A DNA stretch of 63,209 bases, filler included, from Reticulomyxa filosa (Eukaryota; Protista; Foraminifera): NCBI GenBank assembly GCA_000512085.1. It is 16 parts of 16 records of this genome, joined end to end, with 100 filler letters (N's around TTAATTAATTAA, not from the genome) between each part and the next. Parts side by side here need not be neighbours in the genome. Positions count along the whole stretch, not along the records: positions 34,575 to 39,376 come from ASPP01007961.1; positions 39,477 to 41,446 come from ASPP01024349.1; positions 41,547 to 42,546 come from ASPP01048498.1; positions 42,647 to 51,688 come from ASPP01004893.1; positions 51,789 to 53,656 come from ASPP01049790.1; 11 more parts are not named here. One strand, given 5' to 3'. This document shows positions 38,934 to 51,814 of the stretch, one piece after another; the stretch's first letter is position 1, and every line of letters starts with the position of its first letter. The notes below the pieces were generated by a model. That model saw only the letters and a program-made list of their open reading frames with translations, ran no database searches and was not told the DNA's origin. The translations under genes were made by a program, and so were the position numbers.

Positions 38934-39376
38934 CATGCGTCGTCGCCAGCATTATCACCTCCCACATCATCGGTTGGTTGTTCACTCAACACGTATAAAT
39001 AGTCTTTTTCTAGAAAGCCTAGATCTTCGCGAGCTTCAGCAAATTCTCCTTCTTCCATTACTTATCCTACGTACCAATGTACGAATGCTCGCTGGGAATA
39101 CATAATATCATACTTCTGGGCAATGCGTTTACTAAAGACACGAGAAATGCCCGTGTTGTTAGCTATCATAACAGCATTTTTACTAAATGCACCAATATCA
39201 TCGGATTCTAATGTAACCGCTGGTACTTCATTTAATCCTATTTTAAATCCTGTTGGACACCACTCGACTAAAGCTATTTTATTATTCGATTTTAATCATT
39301 GCACTGTTGCATTTGCTTCTTTTGATTTTATATCACCACGATAGTTTAATGATATGGCCATATATTTATCTTCTGC
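38934..39376 (-). pseudogene. Divergent (Retaria-type) alpha-tubulin C-terminal fragment with two in-frame stops
   Basis: Not in the ORF track. Manual translation: AEDKYMAISLNYRGDIKSKEANATVQ*LKSNNKIALVEWCPTGFKIGLNEVP...[37 protein letters not shown]. Stops at 39296-39298 (TGA) and 39062-39064 (TAA). Confidence 0.9.
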
Positions 39377-39515
39377 NNNNNNNNNNNNNNNNNNNNNNNN
39401 NNNNNNNNNNNNNNNNNNNNTTAATTAATTAANNNNNNNNNNNNNNNNNNNNNNNNNNNNNNNNNNNNNNNNNNNNCATTACAAAAAAAAAAAAAAAAAA
39501 AAAAAGAATTGGGAT

Positions 39516-39810
39516 TTGCCAGATGTATGTCCCATGTGTGGAGATCTTAGCCCTGAACAACAAGCTCAAGTTACAAAAGCAATTTCCAAAGCCCAGGAGT
39601 TGAGAAGAGCTATTGGACAAAATCAAGAAGAAAGCAAAGCAGCCAACAGTGCTACTGTAAATGCGGGAGAATACGTCAAAAAACTCACTATGATTCAAAC
39701 AATGGATCGACGTCGCAGACCCTTTGATCGCGACAGGGAGGAAGACACGACCTTACGCTTGCATTTAAAACCAGCGAATCCAGGCGTGCTTCACGGTTCA
39801 CAGACCATAT
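39516..39810 (+). CDS. Hypothetical protein exon (CxxC then helical segment)
   Basis: PDVCPMCGDLSPEQQAQVTKAISKAQELRRAIGQ... follows a poly-A/AG acceptor-like tract at the contig start. Confidence 0.35.
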
Positions 39811-41553
39811 CGTTTCAGTTAATTAATTGTATTTTAATAACAAACATAGCAAATGTCTTTCTTTGATAATTTTAAGAAATATAAAAATATTATATAGCAA
39901 CATACCGACCACACAAACTGCAATGATATTACAAGAAACAAAAGGAACTGAAATAATTTTGTAATGTCGTCAACATCGACAGTAAAGGTTTGAAATATAG
40001 TTTCTGGTTTTTATTTTTATCAACTAAATAGTTTGCGTGCATAAGTCATAATTTCGAACTTTTATATTTTTAATTGTTGTTATTTCACAAAACCTTTTGC
40101 GTATACTCACGCTGTTGTGACAACACATTAATGATGCCATTGTCAAATGGCAACATGTTTCCAATGTTCGCATAAGTATTGAAAGTAATGATAATGACCT
40201 TTCCAACCATACTTTGGAGTACTTTCTATCATTAGCGGATTACTTCCTAACATCACCGCGTCACATAAGGCATAATGGGTCGCCAAGTGAATCGAATCCA
40301 CTGGATTTTTATTCGCTATGCTGCAGCTACTTGGAGCACCATGAAATGTGTGATGAACCAGCAAAGTCTCTAAAAAAAAAAATCAAAGTATCTTCTTTTT
40401 CTACTCACAGTGCATGCAATCTGTTATCATACTGTCATCCATCAAGACTTCCAACAACTTAATATTAATAAAGAAAAAGAAAAAGTACATTCACATTTAA
40501 TTAAATTAATGTTAGTATCTCTATTACAATAAAACTAATATATTATCAACTAGTAATCATAATAAGTCCTAGATGCGTAAATGTCGGTCAACTTTATGTG
40601 GATCCTTTCCTAGAGAGGTTTTTGCATAATGCACTCATCTGGTCTAAGGTAACGTATGATTGTTTATATATTGAAAATGATGGTCAATGATATACAGAAG
40701 GTTAGATTCATTTTAAGGTTACATATAGCTGCCGATTTACTATATGTAATTGGGGGGTGGACTAATTGAGTCTTAACACAACTACTAGTCAAGTAATCAG
40801 GGCATAGTGTAGTTATAGATTACAACACCATCTTTTTTTTTTAAATAAGTTTATAATTAATAATAACTGATTGAATATTTGTGCAATGATTTTGAAACAA
40901 CATCCACCAAAGAACCTGATGTCATCATTGATTCACTTCATTGTCATTAATATTATCATTGTTATCAATTCCATTACCCCAAACGCTTACTTTTATCACC
41001 AATGTATGTTTCTTTTTCCATCAGAAGACAGCAAAGTGATTCATTGCTGTCTTTATATTCACACGGTGTCCTAATAATTCAACGTCACTTGGATGCGAAC
41101 AGATAAATTTATATTTGTTTTTAAGTAAATGATAAGAATAACATTGACTTTGGTTAGACCACACCACAAATGACGATTTCATGTTTGTATAGCACACATT
41201 GATTTTGGGAAAGTGGAATATTTTGGATTAAAGTTGATTTCTGTGCTTTGTTTTGATTGCTCATGTTGTTAATGTTGTTAATGATAGAACTATTATGTGG
41301 TTTCGACTTTTATAAAAAAGGGATTTCTCTGTTGAAAAAACCTTATTGTTACATTACGGAAAAAAATATAATTTGTTGCTACAGTAGATTGCAAAAAAAA
41401 CAGCATACCTAAATGGCACTATATAAAGAGAATCGATTTTCTCCATNNNNNNNNNNNNNNNNNNNNNNNNNNNNNNNNNNNNNNNNNNNNTTAATTAATT
41501 AANNNNNNNNNNNNNNNNNNNNNNNNNNNNNNNNNNNNNNNNNNNNAAAAAAA

Positions 41554-42546
41554 ATGAGCATTTACTTTCAATCACGTCGTTCGCCAGTGTTAAGTCGCTA
41601 TGGGATGGTGGCCTCCTCCCAACATCTGGTGTCTCAAGTGGGACAGCAAATCTTGAAAAGTGGTGGCAACGCTGTGGACGCATGTGTTGCGATGAACGCA
41701 GTGCTTGGTGTGGTGGAGCCAACAAGCACAGGACTGGGTGGAGATTGTTTCGTGTTGTTTTACGATAACTCGAAAAAAAAAGTGTTTGGTCTGAACGGAA
41801 GTGGCAGAACCTCACAATTGTTGACACACGAGTATGTGAAGCAGCAGCAACTGAACAGTAAGAAAGTGCACATTTTCCATGCACTCAATGCCACCGTTCC
41901 GGGAAACGTGTGCGGCATGTTGGATCTGTTGTCCAAATTCGGAACGTTTTCCCGAGAGAAAGTATTGCTACCCGCTGTGACACTCGCCGAAAAGGGATTT
42001 CCAGTCAATGTAATCACCTCGTATCTGTGGCACGAAGGGACTCCACAATTGAAGTTATCTAAAAACGGTCATGAGCTGCTCATCCCCAACGACAGACAAG
42101 CCAATTCTAGTTTAACTTTTTTTTTTTTTTTTTTTTTAATGTTATCGTGTCCCTCTTTATTTACTTCAATATATACATATATACATATATGTACATATTA
42201 TGTGTACATATATACATTTATATTTAAAACAGAGGCTTTCCCGAATAATGATTTTCATGCACCAAAACCGGGAGAGCTCTTTAAGAATCCATATGTGGCG
42301 AAGGTGCTACGCAATATAATAAGCCATGGAAAAGACGGGTTTTATAGCGGTGACGTGGCGGATGCGTTGGTGTCGGTGGTGCAAGAACACAAAGGCCTTT
42401 TGACATTAGACGACTTGGCCAAACACACCAGCACTTGGGTCGATCCGATCAGTGTCAATTACAAAGGGATCAACATCTGGGAAATACCGCCCAATGGACA
42501 AGGCATTGCTGCACTGATGGCTTTGAATTTTTATCAACATTTGCAA
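41554..42546 (+). CDS. ggt: Gamma-glutamyltransferase family protein (YwrD-like), 3' truncated
   Basis: FQSRRSPV...GMVASSQ...ILKSGGNAVDACVA...VVEPTSTGLGGD...LNGSGR, TVPG, LAEKGFPV, GKDGFYSG, WEIPPNGQGIAAL; in-frame intron 42110-42232. Confidence 0.93.
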
Positions 42547-42646
42547 NNNNNNNNNNNNNNNNNNNNNNNNNNNNNNNNNNNNNNNNNNNNTTAATTAATT
42601 AANNNNNNNNNNNNNNNNNNNNNNNNNNNNNNNNNNNNNNNNNNNN

Positions 42647-42760
42647 TGTCTGCACTAAGTGTAGATACACGCCAAAACTGCAGGAGTGGCTCAATATTTA
42701 TTGTCTGCACATGTGGAGACACCGTACAAAATATTACATAGGCACTCCACCATGATCTCT
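42647..42760 (-). mobile_element. Truncated inverted copy of the MITE-like element at 43413-43677
   Basis: The reverse complement aligns with 43406-43520 with scattered mismatches; cut by the contig start. Confidence 0.7.
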
Positions 42761-43412
42761 TGTAGTGGAGATCATTGGAGGAATGAATCAAGAACACAAC
42801 GAACTTATAATTCATATAAAAACTAAATTATTGATTTAAAGGACGCCAAATGGTTCAGTTCCGATTTTTAAAATTTTTTTATCTAAAATGCTTTGATTTG
42901 TCAACAAATTTAAAAGAGTATAAGTTGATTTGTGGTAGCTAATGAATATAACCGCTTAAAGAAAGTTAATCAAAGAGCTTTTTTCTTTTTTCTCTTTATT
43001 TTTTCAAACACCAAAAGTTTGGAGTTCAAAAAAAAACACTACTTCAAAAAAAAGGAATCAATTTTCATAACTAAACTTTTTGTGTTATTGGTAAATATAA
43101 CTTTTGTTTTAAAACTATTTGCAAGAACAGTACCGACATAGAATTCAACAGCAAAAAACCCAATAGACAAAAACTATTCCTTAAAAGGAAAATATATTCT
43201 CTTTGTCACTACTTTTACAAAAAGAGTTTCAATTAATACTTCAAGAATTACTTTCAACATGTTCAAATGGAGCCTTGTTATTAGCATGACGATACAAAGA
43301 CTATATTGAGCCAAGTCAGTCGTCAGCGCATACTACATTTGCGATGTATTATCGCAAGAGTCAACCCCCGACCAAAGGTTGACTTGTGCAATGATCTCCC
43401 CGACCAGAGATC

Positions 43413-43677
43413 ATGATGGAGTGCCTCTTGAATATTTTTTTATGGTGTCTCCACATATTCAGACAATAAATATTGCGCCACTCCTGCAGTTTTGGCGTGT
43501 ATCTACACTTGGTGCAGGCAATGTACATTGGGCACACTCCTTCTGTTGTTTTTGGTGGTGTCTCCACTTGGTGCACCCAACATAACATTGCTGCACTCCT
43601 GCATGTGGACAACAATATATTATCGTCGCACTCATTCAGTTTTGGAGTGGTGTCCTCCACTTGAGGCACTCCATCAT
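43413..43677. mobile_element. 265-bp MITE-like element with perfect 15-bp terminal inverted repeats
   Basis: ATGATGGAGTGCCTC (43413-43427) and GAGGCACTCCATCAT (43663-43677); internal sub-repeats GGTGTCTCCAC, CACTCCTGCA and CAGTTTTGG; no credible ORF. Confidence 0.65.
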
Positions 43678-45080
43678 TATATTTCCTTTATTTACTCTAT
43701 CCCATTCACAAATCGATCTTTACTAACTTCTTTAATCGATTTCTATATTTTGATCCAGATTATTCATTTTGCTTTGCGATTGCGCAATATCCAAACAATA
43801 AACGATACCAATATCATCACTTAATATTTTTAATAATTTGTATGTTTCAACATAACATTTGGGCCTGAACACAAATATCTACTACCATCAAATTGCGAAA
43901 ATTAAATGCAATGAACATCCAATTTGTGTTCATCAAATATTTGTAATTGTTGATTATATTTGAAATCTCAAAAATGAATTGTGCTATCAGATGAAGAATA
44001 AATGACATGTTGATGATTATGATGAAATGATGAAAATTTCACACAATTTACATAATTTGAATGTCCATTGAATGATTAAATTTGTTTATTGTTATCAATA
44101 TTACATACACGAACTGTTTGATCTAATGATCCAGAACAAATGAATTGACAATTATCAAATGTTGAATAATCAATACTACACACAGCACTTGTATGTCCAT
44201 TGAATGTATTGATTAATTTGATGATGAACGAAATGTCTCAAACTCCTTCCGAAATAACACTGTTGTATCAGATGTAACAATGCCAGTTAACATGTGTTTG
44301 TCAGAACAGACATACTAGAAAACAAAAAAATGTTGAGGATTTGCTTCTTGGGACAGCGTCACAAGACAAACAAAACGCAACTGTTTTGGATCCTCAACAG
44401 ATGAGAACGAAAAAGCGTTGCAAGAATGGATTGAGTCAATATATAAATTAACATCATCAAATTATTTTGATTGTTTATCATTTGATTATAAGTGAAACGT
44501 CAGAAATGGGGTCTTTAATTAGTAAATATTGTCCAATTCGTTTTATTCCATTTCGTATTTGTGATTGTAGTGATGCAGCAGGAAATGAAAAAGATTTTGC
44601 AGACATAATGTCTATTATCGATAAACAATGGCATAATACAGAAATTCGGCGGAGCATAAATAATCAAGCATTTCAAGTATTGTTTGATAGTGCAACTTCT
44701 TTGCAAAATATCTGAAACTTTGATGAACTTGGCCTTTCACGTATGCTCACTTTATAAAACACATCAAAAACGGAAATTCAAAGAGCTCAGCAAATATGAA
44801 GTATATTGACGACTTCTTTTTGTAAAAAAAAATTAAATATTCGTGAATTCGTGAACAATTCTCAGAACTAAGACATTATCACAGCATTCAAAGCATTACA
44901 AAAATTTTCTTTCTTCCATTATGTTGTCGTCATTTTTGAATAGAAATGAAAAAAAATAGTATATGCTAAGCATTTTACTGCTTTTGTAAAAGTTAGAAAA
45001 ACAATAAAGTTCACATCAAGGGCCAACTAAAAAAACATTATTATTCTAAACAACGAAGCACAACTCAAAAGACCTTTGCG

Positions 45081-45791
45081 ATGAAGCCATCTCGTTTCTT
45101 ATACAAGAAAAATCTGTTAAAAAGAAGCGAATTCTTATCTTCTAAAGCGCTGTCTCCGTTTTGCCTGCGACCACTTTCCGCACGCACTCGCTTTTTTTCG
45201 AACCAACCAAATAAAACTCACGCTGCTGTACGTTAATTACACGTATGTGTCAATTTCACGCAATCAGCTTGTCCTATCTTTGCTTTAGTACATTAACACA
45301 ACTTACTATGTTTTTTTTTTATTATTGGGTCATTACCATTGATCGAACATAGACAGCAACCGCAACGGCGAAAGAGACACGTGTGGTAAAGCCCAAAGCG
45401 TCTCCAGTTGCTAACTTAGAAAAATTCAATGTGATTCAACTGCAAGATTACAAGGTCCCGCCTTTTTTGGTTGAATCTATTAATTTGGACTTTAACATAT
45501 ATAAAGGCTACACCGTCGTGCGAAATGAAATGACTATTTTTCCAAATAATTGTTTCGTTATCCTTTTTTTTTATTATTATTTTTAAAACAGTATACGTCA
45601 TACCAAAAAGACCTTATTTAAACTTTTGGATAAATCTCTACACAAAAGGTGACGATGACAAAGGTATTCTCCGTTTGGATGGCGACAAGAATTTAAAACT
45701 GGAGCGATTGACCATCAATGGAAAAGAATGCCAGTTGAATTGTTTATTTATTTGTGTTTACGTTTGAGTAGTCGTCATCATTGCATTGCTT

Positions 45792-45825
<34 letters not shown>

Positions 45826-48800
45826 TTAATTGATAGGTACACAATCAATTCGAACGATTGGTCGTTGGAGATTCCAATAGAAAAGGATCATTATAACGAA
45901 GAGCGTCTTTTTTTGGATATTGTTTAGTTTATCTTTTTTTTTTTACATTACGGTATCTCGCGAAAAATGTGAGGGGAAAAAAAAAAAAAACATTGTAACT
46001 AACATATCTTTTTTATTGTGATTGGATTAGACAACCCGAATTGAGCCAGAAAAGAACACGTCATTGGAAGGATTATATAAAAGCAAAAGCATTTATTGCA
46101 CTCAATGTGAAGCCCAGGGATTTCGCAAGATCACATATTTCATTGACAGGCCCGACGTCACCACCAAGTATCAAACCACAATTCATGCAGATGAAACCAC
46201 TTGTCCGGTGTTGCTATCCAATGGCAATTTGATAAAATCGGGGTATGTATACGTTTCCTTTTTTTTTTTTTTTCCCTATCCCTCCTTCTGTTTTAAAATG
46301 TAATTTGCGACGTTACGTATGCAAATCGTTGCTAATGTTTTTGTACATGGTCGCAGAAAAGAAGAAAATGGACGACACTTTGCAGTTTGGAAAGACCCAT
46401 TTTCGAAGCCCTGTTATCTATTTGCACTGGTGGCAGGAGACCTGCAATACATCGAGCAGTCGTACCAGACACAAAGTCGCAAAGACGTGGCCCTACGTAT
46501 CTACGTGGAACCCCACAACATAAAAAAGTGCGATTGGGCGATGCAGTCATTGAAGCAAGCGTTTGAATGGGACGAAAAAAAGTTTGGCTTAGAGTATGAT
46601 TTGGACTTGTTCAACATCGTCGCGGTGGATGACTTTAACATGGGTGCCATGGAAAATAAATCGCTCAACATCTTCAACTCAAAATATATTTTAGCGGATA
46701 ATGACACCGCAACTGACGTCGACTATCACAATATTCAACGAGTCGTTGCCCACGAATACTTGTATATATTTTTTGTTTTGTTTTGTTTATTAAAAAAAAA
46801 AAATATATATATAATAATAATAATAATAAAAATAAAAAGTCACAATTACACTGGCAATCGAGTGACGCTTCGAGATTGGTTTCAACTGAGTTTGAAGGAG
46901 GGCCTGACGGTATATCGCGACCAAGAATTTTCTTGCGATTACGGATCTCGAAGTGTGCAAAGGATTGACGATGTGATGCGACTGCAAAGCACACAGTTCA
47001 AAGAGGATGGAGGACCAATGGCCCATCCCGTCCGACCGCAGTCTTACATTGAAATCAACAACTTTTATACCACCACCGTCTATGAAAAAGGCGCCGAAGT
47101 TGTGCGCATGATCGAAACGATCATTGGCAAAGACAAATTCACATCGGGCTTGCAGTTGTATCTGCAAAGACATGACGGACAAGCCTGCACCGTCGAACAA
47201 TTCATCCGCGCGATGGAAGATGCCAGTGGTGTCAATTTGCAGTCAATGTTCAGTTGGTACAACCAATCAGGCACTCCTGAAGTCACTGTCAAAACGGAGT
47301 TTGATGCAACTAACAAATGTTTCACTTTACATCTCCAACAAGTTGCTGTTTTTTTAAAAAAAAAAAAAAATTTAATTTGTAATTGTTTGGTATTCATACG
47401 TATACATACATACAATACATACATACATGTATGTGTACAATTTATTATAAAGAGTTGTCCGACGACAGCGAGTGAACCCAAAAAGCAACCGTTTCATATT
47501 CCATTGCGCACGTCTTTGTTGAGGAGACGAATGGACGATATGCATGGAAGACCGATCCCATTGAGTTTGGATAAAGATGCTGCCGACGGCCCATTGGAAA
47601 GAACTTTGCTATTGGATGATGAGCACAAAACATTCACGTTTTACCACGTCGACGAACCACCTTTGTTGTCCATTAATCGCGGCTTTTCTGCGCCTGTTTA
47701 CATTCGAAATCCACGTTCTCTTGAAGATCTTGCCATTTTGGCGGTGAAAGACACAGACTCATTCAATCGATGGGATTCTTCCAACAAGCTACTTGCTGTT
47801 GCAATTATTCAAAATTATAGTTTTGTTCTAAATCCTCTTATTTCTTTTTTTTAAAAAAAAAAAGTAATGACGCTATTTCTGTTTGCTTGACAGATAATTT
47901 ACTGAAAGGTGAAAAAAAAGATATAAATTCTGAAGTTCGCAATTGCGTGAAAATGCTATTGCACTCTTACGTTGTAGAAAATACTTTTACAGATCATCAA
48001 GCGCAGAAGACAGGTCTACGTCGCAAGCACGTATTGAGAGATGAAAAAGAAAAAAAATCGGCACAACATATCCCTCAACAATTTTTGGTTGACTCGGATG
48101 ATAATGAATATTTTGAAAGCCAAGACAAAGGGAAACAATTATTTGTTGATAATTTAATTGGTACAGATCAACTACTGCAAACAAATAAGCGCAATCCTCT
48201 GCTGACTGCAAGACAATTGGTTTTGCCTTCATTTGATTATTTGTTCCCCTTGGTTGCTGAAAGTCAGAGTACTCGCAGCTGTGATCCGACAATCCTCGTT
48301 CGCTCTATTGAACATTTGCGAAGCGGTCTTGGACATTCTTCCTTTCCTCAATTTGTCAATTGCTACACTTGGTAAAGTTGTTCTTTCAAACATCTTTGTA
48401 TACGTATATGCATTTGTAGTGCAACTAGTTGAACATGGTTTGAAACAGGTGTCGCGATCGATTGTCACAATTGTCATTGCATCCACAGTATGCTAAAACC
48501 TATGAAGGTTGGAAACGTGGAAGAAGCTATCGCAGCTTGTTGAATTTGTGTTTGGAGTTTATGATGACTGATCATGATGACAAAACGAAGGAAGAGTATG
48601 AACAAGCACAAAAAATTTGCAGAGAACAATACGACTTTGCAAGAAATATGACAGAGGTTATGGGATCAATGAACTCAATTGTGTCGTGTCAACGGCCTGA
48701 AATTCAGTCTATTCGCCAACAATTGCTTCAACACTTTTACAAACATTTTGCGGATAATCCATTGGTGGTTCAAAAGTGGCTGCGATTGCAATCAACTGCT

Positions 48801-49235
48801 TGTCATCCTGATGCTTTAAGTCATGGTATGCTTTTAAATGATGTGGTGTGATCTTGTCTTCAGAGTATTTTTGTTTGTAGATAAGTGATTGTATGATCGT
48901 TTTGAATAGTGTTAAACTTGTTAGAGCATCCATCTTATGATTCACACAATCCAAATTTCATTTATGCATTGGTTGGAGGGTTTGTGTTTGCAAACCCTCT
49001 GAATTTCCATCGAAGTGATGGACAAGGCTATTCGTTTTTGGCAGATCAAGTTTTAGTTCATGATCAAAGAAACCCGTCAGTGGCTGCCAGACTATGTAAA
49101 GGATTTGAAGTAGTTACTGGTTTGGATAATAAACGTAAAAACATTATTGGTGGGGAAGTCGAAAAGTTGTTGCGTTGGGAAGGTTTGTCCAAAGGAACCT
49201 TCGAAGTTGCAAAGAAAATTGCGGAAAGTATATAA
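45081..49235 (+). CDS. pepN: M1-family alanyl aminopeptidase (PepN type), multi-exon, with predicted mitochondrial presequence
   Basis: LEGLYKS...[52 protein letters not shown]; HEYF|[21 protein letters not shown] after removing intron 46762-46839; [15 protein letters not shown]; C-terminal [14 protein letters not shown]...NPSVAARL. Confidence 0.95.
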
Positions 49236-49861
49236 CGGTTGTTATTATGAATGTTTTATGATTTTTTTTTGCTACTTATAAGTTATTGGCGCTTTTGAAA
49301 TATTCAAACGCAATGAGTCATTCATTTTATCTTGGAAAATAAATTTAAAATTATGTTTGAATCGTAAAAAGAAGAAAAAAGCGAACAAGTTAAATGAGTA
49401 ACCGTTGCTATGACTTAAAAGTGGCTTGTTTATTTTAAATTGATTACTATTTAGGAAATGATGAAAATCTAATATAAAAGAATAAAGGTGATTAGCCACA
49501 ATTATACTTATTCTTTTGGCACAAACATTTCTTTCAATTTTTATGTGTAAATTTGTATTAATTCTGAATATATATCGAGATTTCTGGTACACATTGTTTA
49601 AAATTAAAATAAACAAAAACTATCGATCTTTGCATTGCCTGCCACAAACATAAAAAACAAAAACTACAATACGTAATACTCATTCACTTCACAATAAAAA
49701 AAGATTTACAACAAGCAAAAATCAAAGAGATGAAAAAGCAGTAAATAACAAATTTGTTAAAAACGTATATATGGCAAGTTTTTTTTGGTGGAAGTGTTTA
49801 TATATAATAAATTACAAAAGAAAAATAAGTTGGAATTTCTTTTTTTTTTTATTTTCTTTTC

Positions 49862-51084
49862 TTAATATCCTCCAATGGGGAAAAAATTTTCTTTATTTGA
49901 TTTTGTGACTTCACTCAAGAACAATGGTGAGCCAGAAATAGTTGTTTTATTAATTTGATAGAGCAAGCTTTCTCGCTTTTTTTCCAACTGTTGAATGGAC
50001 TCATTAATTTTTTCTAGCTCTTTGTCAATTGGATTCTGTGGCACTGTTTCTTGCTTCAATATATTAGTTTCATTTTTTAATGGTATTACCAATCCTTCCA
50101 TCAATCGGTTAAGACTTATATCCGATTTGGCAGGGGATGTGCTAAAGTTGCTCGGAATATTCAGCAGCGTATTGGGGAGTGACGAAAACTCAGAAATAGC
50201 ACAAGGAGAAGTATTACCAACAGTTTCGTTGAGGTGAATCAAATTGGATGACTTTTCATCCAAATTTATAATGTTATTTTGTGCAAGTGGGTTAGAGGGT
50301 TGCACACCAACAAATGTTGTGGCATGATCATTTGCAAAGGGAAGTTTTGGAGCCATCACACTGGACTGGTACGTTACATGCTGTGGCAAAGGATGGAACG
50401 TAGGTTGATTGTAAACGGCTGGTAAGTTATTATTCACAAAGTATGGAAACACTGCACATGTTGATGGTACTGCAGAAACTTGAGGTGTTGTGCTGGGTTG
50501 CTTGGAATTGTCCAAAGTGTTTCTACAGGAGGAAAATAAAACAAAAAAAGTTTAGAGTGTGATTTAGTTATTTAAATTTTTTTTCTCCTTTTTTCATTTC
50601 TCAAGTAGCTTTGACTAAACTTATTGTGCAAGGATGGCTTTTTTCGCAGCTCGTGCTTGCCATGAGCAAATTGACATCCTTGATTGTAAGGACACCATCC
50701 AAATTGTTGAAACTTGAAACACAGCTCGGTTTTGTATAAATGTGGCTTTGTGTTTTTTGGCGAAATACGAGACCGTTGTTGGTTTTCGTCGATTTCTTGA
50801 GCTGTGAGCGAATAATTTTCACTCCATTGATGGAGTGATTGTCTTTGAATATTGCCAGTATTCACAAGCCCGACTAATTTTTTGGGCTGATCTTTCTTGA
50901 ATGTTCCAACAGAAGCATCCAATACTGAAGGGGTACCAGGAGAAACAGTGATTCCGTTTCTATAGGGTAATTATTGGATTTTATAAGCTGAAAGTGTTTT
51001 CAAACCGGACATAGAAATAAATATGTGTTTTCTTTTTCAATTTTGGCTAAACTCTTTACGGACGGAAGTTGCTTGCAGTTTCAT
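49862..51084 (-). CDS. CCCH zinc-finger protein (ZFP36/TTP-type, single finger)
   Basis: LYKTELCFKFQQFGWCPYNQGCQFAHGKHELR; GT-AG introns link a putative ATG at 51084 and the downstream exon 49862-~50522. Confidence 0.85.
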
Positions 51085-51393
51085 CTTGCTTTAAAAAAAT
51101 TAAAGTAATATAGATATTAGAAGAAATAGTAAAGGTTAAATAAAAAATTAATTGTTCGTTATTAACTTGAATCGTTGGATGATGAACTCTGATGACATCA
51201 CTAAATGTTTAAAAAAGAGCGTGAATATTAGTTAACGTTTAATTGATAAAAATTGTGTCAAAAGCCGAGATTTTTATTTCCTAATTAAAATGTTATATGA
51301 AATACTTTTACTTATTTGTAAACAATGATTAGTTAGCAATTGAAACTCAGAAATTGAAAGTAAAAACAAACAAAACACGCAAACAAATTCCCT

Positions 51394-51688
51394 CTAAATC
51401 CCTTGCAATTTTTTTAGACGTGCCTCTAAATCTTTTTCCTCATCCGCAGCAGCAGGTTCTTTAAGTTTGGACTGTCCGACCCCAACTTTATTTAACTGTG
51501 ACTGAAATTCTAGCCCATGTTCATCCGCAATCTTTATTTATTATTATTATTTTGTTGTTGTAAAGATTTGATTTTTATGTAGTACGATCATATATCACTT
51601 ACATAGAACATAAACCAAGGCAAAAGAAAAAAAAAAGGATAAACGTAACTTGTGCCATCAAACCGTCGACTTGCGATTCTGGCATGGT
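51394..51688 (-). CDS. CHMP1: ESCRT-III CHMP1/Did2 C-terminal fragment
   Basis: TMPESQVDGLMAQ|IADEHGLEFQSQLNKVGVGQSKLKEPAAADEEKDLEARLKKLQGI* (intron 51532-51649), ending in a MIM1-type motif. Not in the ORF track. Confidence 0.82.
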
Positions 51689-51814
51689 NNNNNNNNNNNN
51701 NNNNNNNNNNNNNNNNNNNNNNNNNNNNNNNNTTAATTAATTAANNNNNNNNNNNNNNNNNNNNNNNNNNNNNNNNNNNNNNNNNNNNAAAAAAAAATAG
51801 GCATCAAGCTAGGA

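Noticed and set aside
33580-39376. Alternative genetic code or stop readthrough to explain in-frame stops
   Set aside because: Intact genes end in TAA (GNPTAB, pepN), TAG (CHMP1, NIFK-like) and TGA (EBP2, RhoGAP), and use TGG/GAA normally. Internal stops are mixed in type and confined to decayed copies.
40024-40462. Short ORFs with coding-like composition
   Set aside because: Interrupted in all frames, with no recognisable motif.
44000-44800. Kinesin-like (DAAGNEK) or Helitron helicase-like (ALVCPLN) remnants
   Set aside because: Only isolated short motifs; no P-loop, SSRSH or other supporting motifs.
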